A DNA stretch of 64,000 nt, from NCBI RefSeq assembly GCF_000315625.1, contig NW_005434638.1:46107-110106 (forward strand), given 5' to 3'. The notes under the pieces were generated by a model. The model was given only the letters and a program-made list of their open reading frames with translations. It did no database searches and was not told the origin of the DNA. The position numbers and the translations under genes were made by a program. Below, in pieces: positions 10,423 to 23,129 of this stretch. Numbering within the stretch: the stretch's first letter is position 1; the number at the start of each line of letters is the position of its first letter. Source of the stretch: Guillardia theta CCMP2712 (lineage: Eukaryota; Protista; Cryptophyta).

Positions 10423-11614
10423 ATCTTGAAGAGAGACAGTTGGAGGGTGAGAGGAATGGAAGATGGCAGCAGGTAGAATAATAGAATCCTCATACTTGTT
10501 GATGTTTCCGAGCTGATGTATGCAGAGTACAGTGGTGAGATGGGTGTTGGCAGCAAGTGAGTGATGGATCAGAGAATGAAGAAGGGTGATTTTGATACAA
10601 GTCATCGAGATCTAGCAGGGGTAAGGAGAATGAATCCTGTGAGAAGAGAACGGTCCAGACTGGCACATCATTCTGAACAAGTAATGAAACATGCGAGTTG
10701 AGAACGAGATGTCTGTTGTTGAGGATAGAAAGGAAGAGCGAGAGCAGTGTATGAGAATGTAAGGATAGAAGCCATTTGTTTGGTGGGTCTGTTATTTGTA
10801 TGGTGATATTGTTGTTTGTTGAAAATGATCTGTGATGTACCATCTACGTGGCGGAAGTAAGAACTCTGTCAAGTAGTCAGGCACGCAGGAGGGAAGTGGA
10901 GAGTAGTTGGCAGTGCTCAATATTGGAGAACAGTTGGGAGAGCAAGAGAAGGGTATGTTCCAGTTGTGACGTGGGAATTCTCATTATGTCAAAAGATGTT
11001 TCGTGTGTGAATTCGCTCCCTCGGTCTGCATGGCTCCTGTGTTGAGTTGTAGTCTCTAATGATGTTGGTGTCTGTGGAGGAGATGTACACATGCTCTGTG
11101 CCTTGTGGCAGGAGGATCTCTCTTTCATACCTGACGCTCTTCCGTGCAGTCTCTTACCATCAAGGACGGTGGAGACTTCCAGCACATCTTGCGTATCTTG
11201 GGTACGAACATCGATGGGAAGCAGAAGGTCATGTACGCCATGACCTCTGTCAAGGGTATCGGTCGCCGTTTCTCCAACATCGTCTGCAAGAAGGCTGACG
11301 TCGACATGGACAAGCGTGCCGGCGAGCTCACGCAGAAGGAGATGGACGACCTGGTGACTGTGATCCAAGTCCCCCACGAGTTCAAGATCCCCGCCTGGAT
11401 GCTCAACAGGAGAAAGGACTTCAAGGACGGCAAGACCTCCCAGCTCTCCTCCAACCAGATCGACCAGAAGATGCGTGACGACCTTGAGCGCCTCAAGAAG
11501 ATCAAGAACCACAGGGGACTCAGGCACTACTGGGGCCTCCGCGTTCGCGGTCAGCACACCAAGACCACTGGCCGCCGCGGCAAGACCGTCGGTGTGTCGA
11601 AGAAGAAGGGATAA
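10349..11614 (+). CDS. RPS18: 40S ribosomal protein S18 (uS13); ATG-only first coding exon, intron 10352-11149, exon 11150-11614
   Basis: [14 protein letters not shown]...[37 protein letters not shown]|GTAAGT donor at 10349, CAG acceptor at 11149, pyrimidine run upstream. The start exon is inferred. Confidence 0.97.
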
Positions 11615-11756
11615 ACTTAACGCTCCATGTACGAACCTTGATGAAATCTATGATCGCATCCGACCAACCTGTCCCATGTTGTGTGCGCACTTGTCTTCTT
11701 GTCATGGTGGGAGGGAGGGGGAAAGGAGGAGGGAGAGTGGGACCGACGGGTTTATT

Positions 11757-12143
11757 TCATCCTCTCCTCTTACTCAAGCGCCATGAATCCTTCTCCTCAA
11801 AGCGGTTGTAGAGCGGCTCGATCTTCTCTTGCCTCTTCCTCTTGGAAAGCTTGGTGGGGTCGCCCGCCCGGTAGTATCTGCGATTAATCAGTCCCAGCAC
11901 TGCAGTCCAGCCTCTCCTTGTCTTTGCGCCCTCCACCCTTCTTCCCCCTTCTCCTCTTTCTCCCTTCTACAACTCCCTTCTCCTCGACGTCGCATGCACC
12001 TCCTCCGTCTCACCTTGGCGCCACCTCGACCAGCCACTTGGCCTCGATCTGAATGATGTTGCGCATGTACTGCGAGCAAGTGAGCAATTGAAGGAAGAGA
12101 AGATGAGGATAGATCAGAAGGAAATGAAAAGAACTTGTGAATG

Positions 12144-12184
<41 letters not shown>

Positions 12185-15100
12185 AAGGAGTAGGAGCAGC
12201 ACCTCTTTGGTGGTGGTGACCAGCTCGTGGTAAATGACCATCTCCGGGTTCTTGTTGAAAAGGGCGGAGGAGGGATGGANNNNNNNNNNNNNNNNNNNNN
12301 NNNNNNNNNNNNNNNNNNNNNNNNNNNNNNNNNNNNNNNNNNNNNNNNNNNNNNNNNNNNNNNNNNNNNNNNNNNNNNNGCTCACCGTCATGGTTGTCAT
12401 CGTGCACACGAGCAGAGACACGAGAAAACGAGTGGAGGAGTGGGGAAGGGGAAGGGGGAAGGGGGAGGAGGAGGAGGAGGAGGAGGAAAGGATACCTCCT
12501 GCGGATCCTTCTTGGCTGCATGATGGAAGAAGCCGCTGACGATGGCTTTACGGACTTTGTTCCAGTTCTTGCCAGCGCTGACGATGTCGAGCTTGTGACG
12601 ATCCATGATCTGCAGGATCTGCTTGCGCACGTCCTGAGCTCGACGAAGGGAGCGAGCGTGCAGGAAGTTTTCGTAGCACCAGGGGTTACTGAACTTGTTT
12701 CTCTTCCAGGCCTCGTAGACATTGAGTAGCATCAGGTGATCTCCTTCCGGGCAGTAGAACTTGGACTTCTTCTGGTCTGCCTCCGCCGCCTTGTCCTTGG
12801 GGCGGTAGAAGAGCGTCTCCACCGAGAGCATGGCGACAATGGTCAGGATCTCCTCGGCGCAGGAGAGGTCGACGGCTGCGAGGAGGATCTGCAGGGGGGG
12901 CGAGTGAGTTGCAAGAGGAAAGAAAAGCACTAACGGTCACCTTGGACAGCGTTGGATCCAGGGGAAACTCCGCCATCCTCCTTCCAAGGCGGGTCAGCAG
13001 CCCTTCCTCGTCTAAGGCTCCAAGGGCGTATAGAGTCTCCATAGCGTGGACGAGGGTCTGGATAGGAGGAGGATCCATGAAGTCGAAGTGTATGATGTCG
13101 TTAATACCCATTGCCTGTCAAACTGATCAAACCCCGCCGCAAGATTGAGAAAGCAGGGCGAAATGCAAGACAGCCATCAGGGACTCGCGGGAGGGGGAGG
13201 GGAAAACTCAAAAACAGTCAAGAGGAGGGTCAGAAGCAACACAGAGAGGACTGTGCGAGCAGCAAGCAAGGGAGAGCCGATAGTCAGAGCAAGGAGTCGA
13301 AGGGTTACCTTGAGCTGTAGGACGGTATTGCCGAGGTTGGCTCGCTGGATCTCAGGGACAGACATCGGCATCATCTCTGACTTGAACGCGTTCTCAGTGT
13401 AGAGACGGTAGCACTTTCCCGGCCCCGTCCTGCCTGCTCGCCCTGCCCTCTGCTTTGCCGAGGCCTGTGAGATGGGGGCGACGACGAGGGCGTCGACTCC
13501 AGTCTTGGGGTTGAAGACTTTCTGCTTGGCGAAGCCGGGATCAACAACGTAGAAGATGCCGTCTATGGTGAGAGAGGCCTCGGCGATGTTGGTGGCAACG
13601 ATGACCTTGCGCTCTCCGATGGGGGTGGGATCGAAGATTCTTGTCTGCATCTCACTGGGGAGCGTCGAGTAGACGGGGAAGATGTTGAGCTTGGGGGCGA
13701 GCTTTCCCAGGGACTTCATGCGCTCGAAGAGAATTTGGCAGGCCGTGTCAATCTCCTCCTGACCCGTGAGGAAGAGCAGAATGTCACCTGGAGGTTCTGC
13801 AAGGTGAATTTGCATGACAGTGATAAGGGCAGCGTCAAGGTAGTCAGACTCGGGGGCCTTGGTGTACAGGACCTCGACGGGGAAGGTTCGACCAGGGACC
13901 GTGAAGACGGGGCACTTATTGAAGTACTCGGAGTACTTCTCGGCCTCCATGGTGGCTGACGTGACGATGAGCTTGAGCGACGGCCTCTTCATCGCAGCCT
14001 TTTTCATTAAAGAGAAGAGCACGTCGGTATGAATCGTCCGTTCGTGCGCCTCGTCCAGCATAATCACGCTGTAGCCCGACACCTCCGTATCGATCAAGCA
14101 CTCACGGAGGAGCATACCGTCTGTCATGTACTTGATCACGGTCTCAGGGGACGTGCAATCTTCGAAACGGATGGTGTAGCCGACCTCCTGGCCCAACCTG
14201 CACCCGAACTCCTCGGCCACGCGCTTGGAGACTGACATGGCTGCAACACGACGAGGCTGTGTGATGCCAATCTTCCCCCTGGTGGTATAACCAGCTTCTG
14301 CCAGATATTGCGGCATCTGTGTCGTCTTTCCTGACCCGGTCTCTCCAATGACAATCAGGATCTGGTGGTCCTTCATTGACTGCAAGAACGCATCGCGGAA
14401 GTGGAAGATGGGAAGTGACTCCCGCTGCTGCTTGATCGTCTGGTTGGTCTGCCTGTACCCCGTTGACGTTCCTCCTCCTCCCATCGTCTGCGATCTCCAC
14501 TCCTCAATCTCTGGAGGAGCAGCACCAATACCTGCCAACTCCTGGGAAAGCATTCGTTCTCCCGGGGCTGCGAGAGGGTCAGCCCAGGTCCTCCCGAGAT
14601 CTTTTGGAGCTGACTCCATGAGCGCTCGCTGCTGCTGCTCACGAAGCTCTCTCCTCTCCTTAGCGAGGGCTGACTGCGTCAAGGCAGCTCTCTGAAGGGA
14701 ACCATCAGGGTTCTTGACGACCTTGATTGGGGAGAGGTTCAGACTCATCCTCGTTTGCCCCTTCAAGAACTCTGGCTCGTCATCGTTCAACTCAATCTCG
14801 AGCTCTTCCCCTTCCTCCTCCTTCCCATGCGCCAGCAGCCCCGTCTCTTCATCGTACGTCGGGTACTCCTCCACGCTGAGCACGCCGGAAGCAATCAGCT
14901 GTTGCGCCTCCCACAGATCCGGGGACGCCAGCCTCTTGGTCACCCTCCTCGGGCCAGCATCGCGGTCCTCAGCGTGAATGGGTACACCAGACACGTTCTC
15001 TTCGATCGGCTTGGAAGGATTGGACCTCTGGTTCTGCGTCATGGAGGTCATCGGAGCGAGATCTCGCCCAGTGGTTTGATCGACGTCCCTCATGGTCAGC

Positions 15101-15951
15101 GACATCTTGTTGTCCGTCATGGACAGGACCTTGACCCACACCTGGTTGTCGACGTCAGGGTGCTCAACGCAGAAAGGAACACAAAGTTTCTCACCGCATC
15201 GCCACGTCTGAAGGCGTCCTTCCCGCTGATGATACGGCCTTTCCCTGCGATCTGCGAGATATGTAGGAGTCCTTCCTTGCGCCCGAACTGATCTAACTGT
15301 ACAAAAACACCAAAGTCCATCGTGTTTGACACTCGCCCCCGGTAAACAGCATATATCTGTGGTTCTGACGGTCGAGGCGGAGGAGGATTTCCTCTTCGTC
15401 CGTCCCTATCATACCTATCATCACGGTATCTATCATCGTAGTCTCTAGAATCTCTTCTCTTGTAACTATCCCTTCCCCGCGACCGCGACCGCGACCGCGA
15501 GCGTTCCCTCGTTCGCTCCTTGTCCTCGTTCTTTGCCTTGTCGGGTCGCTCTTTCGGGGGAGACGGCGAAAAGCGGACTGGTGCTGTGTCAGGGATCGCG
15601 AGGCCGGGAAACTTTTCCTGTTTGGCCGAGGTGTCCCCCGTACTTCCATTGGTGCTCGTCGTAGTCACCTTCTTCTTGGGCTTCATGCGCAGTATGAGGG
15701 AGTAGAGACTCGAAACAAACGAGTCCGGGAACTCAGCTCCATTCTCCTCCAACGCCCTCTGGAACTTCTGCAGGTCGCTGTTCTCCTCCGCCAGGTTGAT
15801 GATGAACTCCGCCAGTGTCTTGTCCCCCACCCCGACATGATTCTCGAGCTCAGTACAGACCTGTGCAAGTCGTCAGCGAGCGCATACTCCTGCCTCCAAG
15901 TCCCTCTGTCGTCACCTTGGAAACCAAGGACAGGTACTGGAGCTTTTCCAT
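11757..15951 (-). CDS. DHX8: Pre-mRNA splicing DEAH-box helicase PRP22/DHX8 (multi-exon, spans an N gap)
   Basis: N-terminus [12 protein letters not shown]|VCTELENH, an S1 domain, motifs [20 protein letters not shown] and QRAGRAGR, and C-terminus [28 protein letters not shown]. Confidence 0.97.
12280..12379. other. Assembly gap (100 N)
   Basis: N run. Confidence 1.
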
Positions 15952-17432
15952 GACCACGGTCGTAGAACAGGACTCCTCCTGCCGCCTGAGGTCAATCATA
16001 ACAGCAACAACGCATTCAGCCATGAGAAGATTTTAACGAGATCTCAAGATATCAAGCATGGGACAAGCAGAGAGAGGAGACACTGGAGAACTAGCGAGTG
16101 AACCAAATGAGCATTGCAGAATAAAGAACGAGGATGGTAATGGCTGAGCGGCAGGTAGCCATGGTGAGTTGAGGTCAATCCCTGGAACACATTTCTAGAT
16201 TGAAATAATCGCATAGTGAGGAAGAACAATATCGCTGTTCACGCGCTGAGACTGAGACTAGAGAATAAACACAACTCAACAATGTGATGTGAACGAGGGG
16301 AAGGGATAAAAAACAAGTTCTCCGATCCGAGGGAGACAGAGGGAGAGGAGGAGCAGGGAGGGAGGGACCGAGACTCTCATCGTGTGATCCTGCTCATAAG
16401 TGAGGTGGTAAGACTTGATCGCCATGGGCGGCGACAGCGAGTACGGGATAGCATGTGCGCGCATTGCGCTGCAGTGGCAGGGTCCGGGGGAAGGGAATAG
16501 GAAGAAGGGGTGAGGTAGTATCACCCACCCCTTCCATATCAGCGATATATGGTAGAAATTGGGGGTATTTCGAAACTCAGGATGGGATGAAGTAGGGTAG
16601 GGTAATAAATGATTTAGCTGAATTGGTAAAATTTCAGGAGTGTCTTCAGCCAATGAACCAAACATGGTAACCTCCACCCTCTTGATAGATCACCCCACCT
16701 ACACTTTCCCACCATATTTGAGTCAAATAGACTAGATTATGGGGGTGCTTCTTATACCCCTACCTCCCATTGAATTGAGCTTCAAATTTGTCCAAACAAT
16801 TGACACTATCCTACCCTACACGTATTTTTGGGTAGACACCGGGTACTAGCTAATGAAAATGTACATGATAGTACCGGTTGTCATAGTACCCCCACCACTC
16901 CACATTCCTTTGCCCGATGTCCTCCCATGTTTGTTTCTTGTTCGCCAAAGTATGGCAGGCGGTGGGAGAGCGCAGAGGCAGAGACGAAGGAGGGGAGAGA
17001 GGAGATGCAAAGGGATGCAGGAAGGTGATGGGGGGGGGGAGGAGGAAAGGGAAGTGTGGGAGTAGACCTGAAATATAGGAAAGGAAGAAAAAATGAAAGG
17101 AATTGATAAGTGCACAAGGTTGAATGGGCCAGACAGATAGCGGAGAGGCAGAGCTAAAGGAGGAGATGGAGGAGAGGGACTGGGACACTTGAATTAGGCC
17201 GGGATGGCGGGGAGAGTTGTAGCAAGAGGCCTCGGTAAAGGCGACATTGCCGGGGCAACATGAAAACGAGGAGAGAGGGAGTTTCAGTCCCTTAGGAAGC
17301 GACGAACTTGAGGAGTTGGCAATGAATGAATGAGTTGCATTGATGAGAAACCCATAGCATTGGAATTTTACCCTTCGCGCGGCTCCCTCCTCCTGAGACT
17401 AGTGCAGGTCTGTGATTGTGGGTGGATGGGAG

Positions 17433-19519
17433 ATGTGCGCCAAACACGAGATGGTCAACGAGATGGTCTCGCGCTTGAACTGTGGCGAACATCTGTCGGA
17501 AGTGAAGATGCCAGGTGCGAACCAGCCAGAGGTTGGCATGCAGACTTCCCTGACTGCTCAAGGCAGGTTGTCTCATCGGGAAGACGGGGATAGCGCAAGT
17601 CGCTACCGCGATCCAGTCCAACCCTCACGTGCGCTACGTTGATCTGTCGAGCAATGGGCTGAATGAGTATGGCGCCACTCAAATCTCACAGGTTTGAAGT
17701 TTGACCCAGCTGTGTTGCTGCTGCAGCTGACAGCTGCCGACAGTTCCTCCGGGTCACCAACAGCCTCCGCTCTCTTTCGTTGGACGGTGAAGTCCCAGCA
17801 TGAGAGGTCTGGAATCTGTTCTTAGCTGATGTTGTATTGGACAGATAACTCTATCAAGACTGCTGGCGCCGAGGAGCTCAGCAAAGCGATCGAAACTAAC
17901 AGCAACCTGCACATCCTGCACCTGAGCTGCAACAGGATCGAAGATGCTGGTTGTAGGATGATTGCGCTTGCCCTGCGCAACAACAACTCCATCCATTCAC
18001 TGTATCTGGACAACAACAATGCTGGGGACGAGTTCGGGAAGGATATGGGCGTCACTCTGACGATGAACAGCACACTGAGGTTCCTCGACTTGTCGGACAA
18101 CGACATCAAAGCGACCGGCGCCATGGCACTTGCCAAGGCTCTTCAAAACAACTCGGTGGTGACGTCGATGAACATCAGCAGAAACAACATTGCAAACGAG
18201 GGTGCGACGGAGATCGCGCGCATGCTGCTGACCAACACGAGCTTGCAGCAGCTGCGCATGTCGTGGAACACTATCAATGATGGCGGAGCCCATGAGCTTG
18301 CGAAAGTGCTTTCAGAGAACAGCACTCTCAGGCTGTTTGACATCGCGGACAACCGGGTCAGCAGCGTAGGAGCTACAGAGCTCGCCAAGGCGCTGCGGGT
18401 AAACAACTCGATCACAGCCTTGCACCTGTCGGGGAACGGCATCGCAGGTCCTGGAGCGCAAGAGGTTGCGGCCGCGTTGCATGTGAACAAGAGTCTACAG
18501 GAGCTCTATCTTGCTTGGAACTGTATTGTAGAACATGGGGCTAAGGCACTGGCAGACGCTCTCTGCGAGAACACAACACTGACAACCCTGGACATGGGGG
18601 CCAACGGGATCGGGAAGGAGGGAGCGTCGCACATCGCGCGTGCCCTGACGCAAAACACAACTCTCAAGGTGCTGCACCTGCACGGCAACGTGCTGAAGGA
18701 GGAAGGGCCGAAGCAGATCGCCAAGGCGCTCCAGACCAACAAATTCTTGGAGTTCCTCGACCTCGATGGGAACGAGATAGGAGTGAACAACATCAAGGAG
18801 CTGGCAGAGTCCGTCAAGATCAACTGCTCGCTCCAGACCCTGAAGCTTGCAAGGAACAAAATCAACGACATTGGGGCATGGGAGCTAGCAGAGGCGCTGA
18901 AAATCAACCGCTCGCTCACGAAGCTGGACCTGACGAGGAACAACGTGGAAGAGACAGGGGCGACCGGGCTCAACGATTGCTTGCACATCAACAACACTCT
19001 GAGGGAGCTCCATCTGTCTTACAACAAGATTAAGGAGACCGGTGCCATGTCCATTGCACAGGCCATCAATGTAAATACGACACTCCACACTCTCCTAATT
19101 GCAGACAACGACATCCCGGATGCCGGGGCCATGAAGATCGCAGAGGCGCTCGCGGCCAACAGCACTATCCACACCCTGGACCTGCTGGGCAACACAATAT
19201 CCAAGAAGGTGGAGGAGCTGCTGGACCAGATCATGAGGAACACCAGCGCTTACGTCACCATCCCCACGGAGTTCCAGGTGAGGAGATTCGTCCTGCTGGG
19301 GGCCTGCTGAGAGATGCCATGCAGGTCGCCCTGTGCATGGGGTTGCATCCCAGGTTAGGAGCCGACCCCGACTGCTGCATCCGGATACTTGACGAGTCAC
19401 TGGTGATGATGGTACGGCCCGCTGCTGGAGTGATGGTGAGCTTTACTGACCCTCCTGCCTCTTGCTCTCAGGTGATTGAATGCTCGACGGTGGCCGCTCC
19501 TAGGAACTTCCAGTTCTGA
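17433..19519 (+). CDS. Ribonuclease-inhibitor/NLRC3-type LRR protein with short C-terminal MGLHxRLG motif (about 6 exons)
   Basis: Roughly 17-19 28-aa repeats (LxxLxLxxNxIxxxGAxxLAxAL). GT-AG introns join the 5' exons from 17433 and the 3' exons to TGA at 19519. Confidence 0.9.
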
Positions 19520-20352
19520 AGGCCCCGGCGGTCGGAGCCCGCATCCCGGACCCCGGACAATTCACATCCGGGTCATACTATGATAGTCTGCAACATTCCA
19601 TGGGGACTCAGGCCGAGTTGGCGTAGACGGCGGTTGGATATACGGTTATGTAGTATGATTAATACATGATGATCATCATTTTGTTGAAAGATGACTAAGT
19701 TGAAGGCCGGGCCGCGGTGCTCAGCTGCTAGCCTCAGTGCGTTCTGCTAGTGGCAGGTTCAGTAGACTCGATGATTCCTCTGGTCGTGACGGATCGCATG
19801 CCAGCCGTGCCAGTCAGATAGCACCGAGTTAACAAAACTCTCCCGGTGTAAATCACGATTTTTCGAGGCGGCCATGTAGTGACGGTGGGACGAAGAGGGG
19901 CCTTCCTAGCCCGGCCTTGTTAAGGTCCTCTCATGTCTGGATGCTCAGTGGGTTTCACATCCTAGCATACAGTCTATATCTCATGTGCTCCTCAATTCTC
20001 GTTTCGTGTGCATTAAACTGGCTCGGTCTTGAGCAAAAAGTGCACAAGTCTAACACTGTGACAAACTTGTGCTCCGTCAGGTCGCCATCCTGTCCTGAGC
20101 TCCTAGCGTCAGAACAGCCGTACTGGAGGAAGTCCCCGCAGTTGAACTTGAAAAATCAGCCGCGCCATCATCGGATCCGTTTCCGGCTCAGTGACTGAGG
20201 CTCCCGGCGCGGGGCCGCGGCCCGCCCGGGGCCCAAACCCAGTGAGGCGGACTTGAGATTCATCACACCCACCCAATCAGAGAGGACTAAAAAGTACGTG
20301 GAGGGTAGGGGTAGGGCTGAGTGTTGTCGCCAGAAATAGATCGCAGGGCGGC

Positions 20353-23022
20353 ATGGGCAAGAAGGGAGCCGCGGGTGGAAGCGGTGAAGGTGGAGGAGGA
20401 AGAGGAGGAGGAGGAGGAGGAGGAGGAGGAGGAGGAGGTCGGGGATTGAATTCGGTTCTTGGAGAGGACGTGCCTGTTTCTGTGTCGTCCTACGGCTCCA
20501 ACGACCAGGCTGTACCCATGCTTCGCAGCGCTGACCTCAGGAACGAACCGCTGCCGCATCATGTGACCTCCTACATTCGACGCGGTTCCTCGACCAGGTC
20601 GGCGAGACTCGCACGATCCGCCATGGTGGCCTCAAGCATTATGTTGGGGATATTGGCGATCACACTCTTTGTGGGCCCCAAGCACGAGAGGCAGGTGTCG
20701 CGGTCTACTACGAAACTCTTCCATACGGTGCTATCAGGTCGGAATATGTATGAGCCCCCTCCGAAAGCTGGCAAGCTATCTGAAGCTTCATCTCCTTCTG
20801 GCATCTCCGGAAAGAACGCCCTGCCGCAAACTCTGCAGGAAGAGTCTTCGGAAGGAGCCACTGAGGAGGGGGCAGAGGGTGGGACGACGAAAGAGAAGAA
20901 GGAACGGGAGGAGGAGGAGGGAGAGAGCGAGCTGGACGAAGAGAGGGAGATCGAAGTCAAGTTGCGGTGGGGTTTCGCTTTCGTTACGCTGATCATCTCC
21001 TTCTCTGTCCTGTTCGAGTATGCGGTGGACTTTATTCGCGAGAGGGTACCGGAGCTCTTGCAGGAGGTGGTGGACGCCCTACTGGAGGAGCTGACCACCC
21101 TTGGGTTCTTGGGCTTCCTCTTCTTCTTGTTCACCGTCCCTGTGGAGGGGGAGGAGAGCCTGCTGGGCATCGCCTCCGTCTACTCCTTGCACGAGCCCAG
21201 TGCGCTCCAGGAGCTGTTCGAGGGCCTGCACTACCTGGTGTTCTTCATCTCGCTGTCCTTCATCCTGAGCACCATCGGAGGTCTGTGGTCCTTCCAGCTG
21301 ACCAGCAACAAGCAGTGGGCAGACTTTGAGACCCTGGGCAGCAAAGTGTTCGAGGAAAACTCACTTCTGGACATCGAGCCGAACGATGCGAACCATGGCG
21401 CCTCGCTCATGGCCGAGTGGAAGAAGCCCCTCGACGTGCAGAGGGCGGAGTACTTGAGGATCCGGACAAGGTTCATCATCGAGGCGAAGGAGCCTGAGCT
21501 TGAGCCTGACTTCGACTTCCATGAGTACCTTCAGAGGAGGGTTGCTGAGCAGTTCTCTAAGATGATCAAGATCTCCCCTGTGGACTGGCTATGCACCTGG
21601 CTGCTCCTGGTCATCTTCTTCGGAGTGGTGGAGGAGGGGATCACGTCGAACAACCTGCTGGTGTTCTACTGGTTCCTGCTCTTTATCATCGTCGCCCTGT
21701 GCCTCCTCTTGCAGTGCAAGATGGTCTGGATCCGGCAGCAACTGATCCCCCGCCTCCCCAGCGAGATGCAGAGCTCTGCAAAGTTTTCGAAGAAACTGGT
21801 GATTGCACCAGTCATGCTGGATCAGAGCACCTTCAAGAAGAGCAAGGAGTTCTCCCTCTCCTTCCTTCTCAAGTACGTCCCATCAACACTGGTCACTCTC
21901 GTCAAGGCGATAGTCCACCAGCGACCACCCAACAAGCATGAGAGGCTGTTCTGGGGTGTGGCCAAGGGGCCGGAAATCACTTCCCACGCCATCCGGTTAT
22001 GCATGTTCTGGACCATCATCTCCCTTGCGATGTTGTTGTCCCATCATATGCCAGGGATCGTCAAGAGCGGAGAGGACCTGACGGGGTACAGGATCTTTGG
22101 GCACCTGATGTTCGCCACCTTGGTGCTGATTCACATCATTGCGATCCCGATCAACTACGTCAGCGCCAAGATCTTCACCATGTGCTTCTCCATCGAGATG
22201 TTCGCGGACAAGGAGATGATCGAGAAGATCGTGAGGGAGCAGAAGTATGCCAGGTGCCAGAAGGCTATCGACATGCTCTTCATGCTCCACTTCTACATGC
22301 AGCAGGCAAAGTGGCTGAAGCAGCAGGCGGAGGAGGCAGAGAAGGGAGTGTCGCAGAGCCCGGGGACGTACACTGGGCAGATGTTCGTGCCATCCAACGA
22401 GGAGGAGCAGAAGGCACTGGCGGAGCTTGAGGAGCTCTTTAACCACTTCGACCAAGACGGCAGCGGGGAGTTGTCGACGGCGGAGGTGGGAGAGTTGCTG
22501 GGAACGATGGGAACGAACCTGATGCCGGAGGAGCTGGAGAAGCTGGTGAAGCTGATGGACAAGGATGGGTCGGGAGAGATCTCGCTGGACGAGCTGGCGT
22601 CAGTGATGCTGTCGAAGAGGCAGATGACCAACAAAAACATCAAGCTGACCGAGGTAGGAGAGGAGCTGTTCGCCATGTTCGACAAGGACGGGAAGGGAGA
22701 GATATCGCTGGATGAGATGATCGAGACATTCGAGTCGATCGGGAAGAACTGGGACATGGACGACGTGGTGTCCTTCTTCGAGCTCATCGACCTCGATGGA
22801 AGCAAGAGCATCAACAAGCAAGAATTCTTTGCGGTAAGATGGATCCTCCTCCTCCTCCTCCTCCTCTTTCTCCTCCTCCTCCTCCTCCTCCTCCTCCTCC
22901 TCCCCACCTTTTTTCGGCATTTACTCCACTTTGCGTCCTCGCTCTTTTCTACACTTTCTAGTCTTCCCGCCCATAATGTTTGCTTGCAGTTCATCGAAGA
23001 CGTGGAACGGATGACCAAGTAA
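20353..23022 (+). CDS. MLO-like multi-TM protein fused to a four-EF-hand calmodulin-like domain; probable in-frame intron 22834-22989
   Basis: MLO-like motifs LEELTTLGFLG, LHYLVF, EYLRIRTRFI, FDFHEYL...ISPVDW and LFW. EF loops DQDGSGELSTAE, DKDGSGEISLDE, DKDGKGEISLDE and DLDGSKSINKQE. Confidence 0.85.
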   Translation: MGKKGAAGGSGEGGGGRGGGGGGGGGGGGRGLNSVLGEDVPVSVSSYGSNDQAVPMLRSADLRNEPLPHHVTSYIRRGSSTRSARLARSAMVASSIMLGILAITLFVGPKHERQVSRSTTKLFHTVLSGRNMYEPPPKAGKLSEASSPSGISGKNALPQTLQEESSEGATEEGAEGGTTKEKKEREEEEGESELDEEREIEVKLRWGFAFVTLIISFSVLFEYAVDFIRERVPELLQEVVDALLEELTTLGFLGFLFFLFTVPVEGEESLLGIASVYSLHEPSALQELFEGLHYLVFFISLSFILSTIGGLWSFQLTSNKQWADFETLGSKVFEENSLLDIEPNDANHGASLMAEWKKPLDVQRAEYLRIRTRFIIEAKEPELEPDFDFHEYLQRRVAEQFSKMIKISPVDWLCTWLLLVIFFGVVEEGITSNNLLVFYWFLLFIIVALCLLLQCKMVWIRQQLIPRLPSEMQSSAKFSKKLVIAPVMLDQSTFKKSKEFSLSFLLKYVPSTLVTLVKAIVHQRPPNKHERLFWGVAKGPEITSHAIRLCMFWTIISLAMLLSHHMPGIVKSGEDLTGYRIFGHLMFATLVLIHIIAIPINYVSAKIFTMCFSIEMFADKEMIEKIVREQKYARCQKAIDMLFMLHFYMQQAKWLKQQAEEAEKGVSQSPGTYTGQMFVPSNEEEQKALAELEELFNHFDQDGSGELSTAEVGELLGTMGTNLMPEELEKLVKLMDKDGSGEISLDELASVMLSKRQMTNKNIKLTEVGEELFAMFDKDGKGEISLDEMIETFESIGKNWDMDDVVSFFELIDLDGSKSINKQEFFAVRWILLLLLLLFLLLLLLLLLLLPTFFRHLLHFASSLFSTLSSLPAHNVCLQFIEDVERMTK

Positions 23023-23129
23023 CGGTCCACAGCGTGTTCAATTATTCTTTCCTCTCTCAGTCTCTAATTATTGTTTCTCTACCCTCCCCCATTTCTAATA
23101 TTTACAACTGAATTAAACATGTAATCTCC

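Noticed and set aside
11059-11135. ATGATGT...CTGA as a C/D snoRNA
   Set aside because: The CTGAC is better explained as the branch point of the RPS18 acceptor, and there is no terminal stem.
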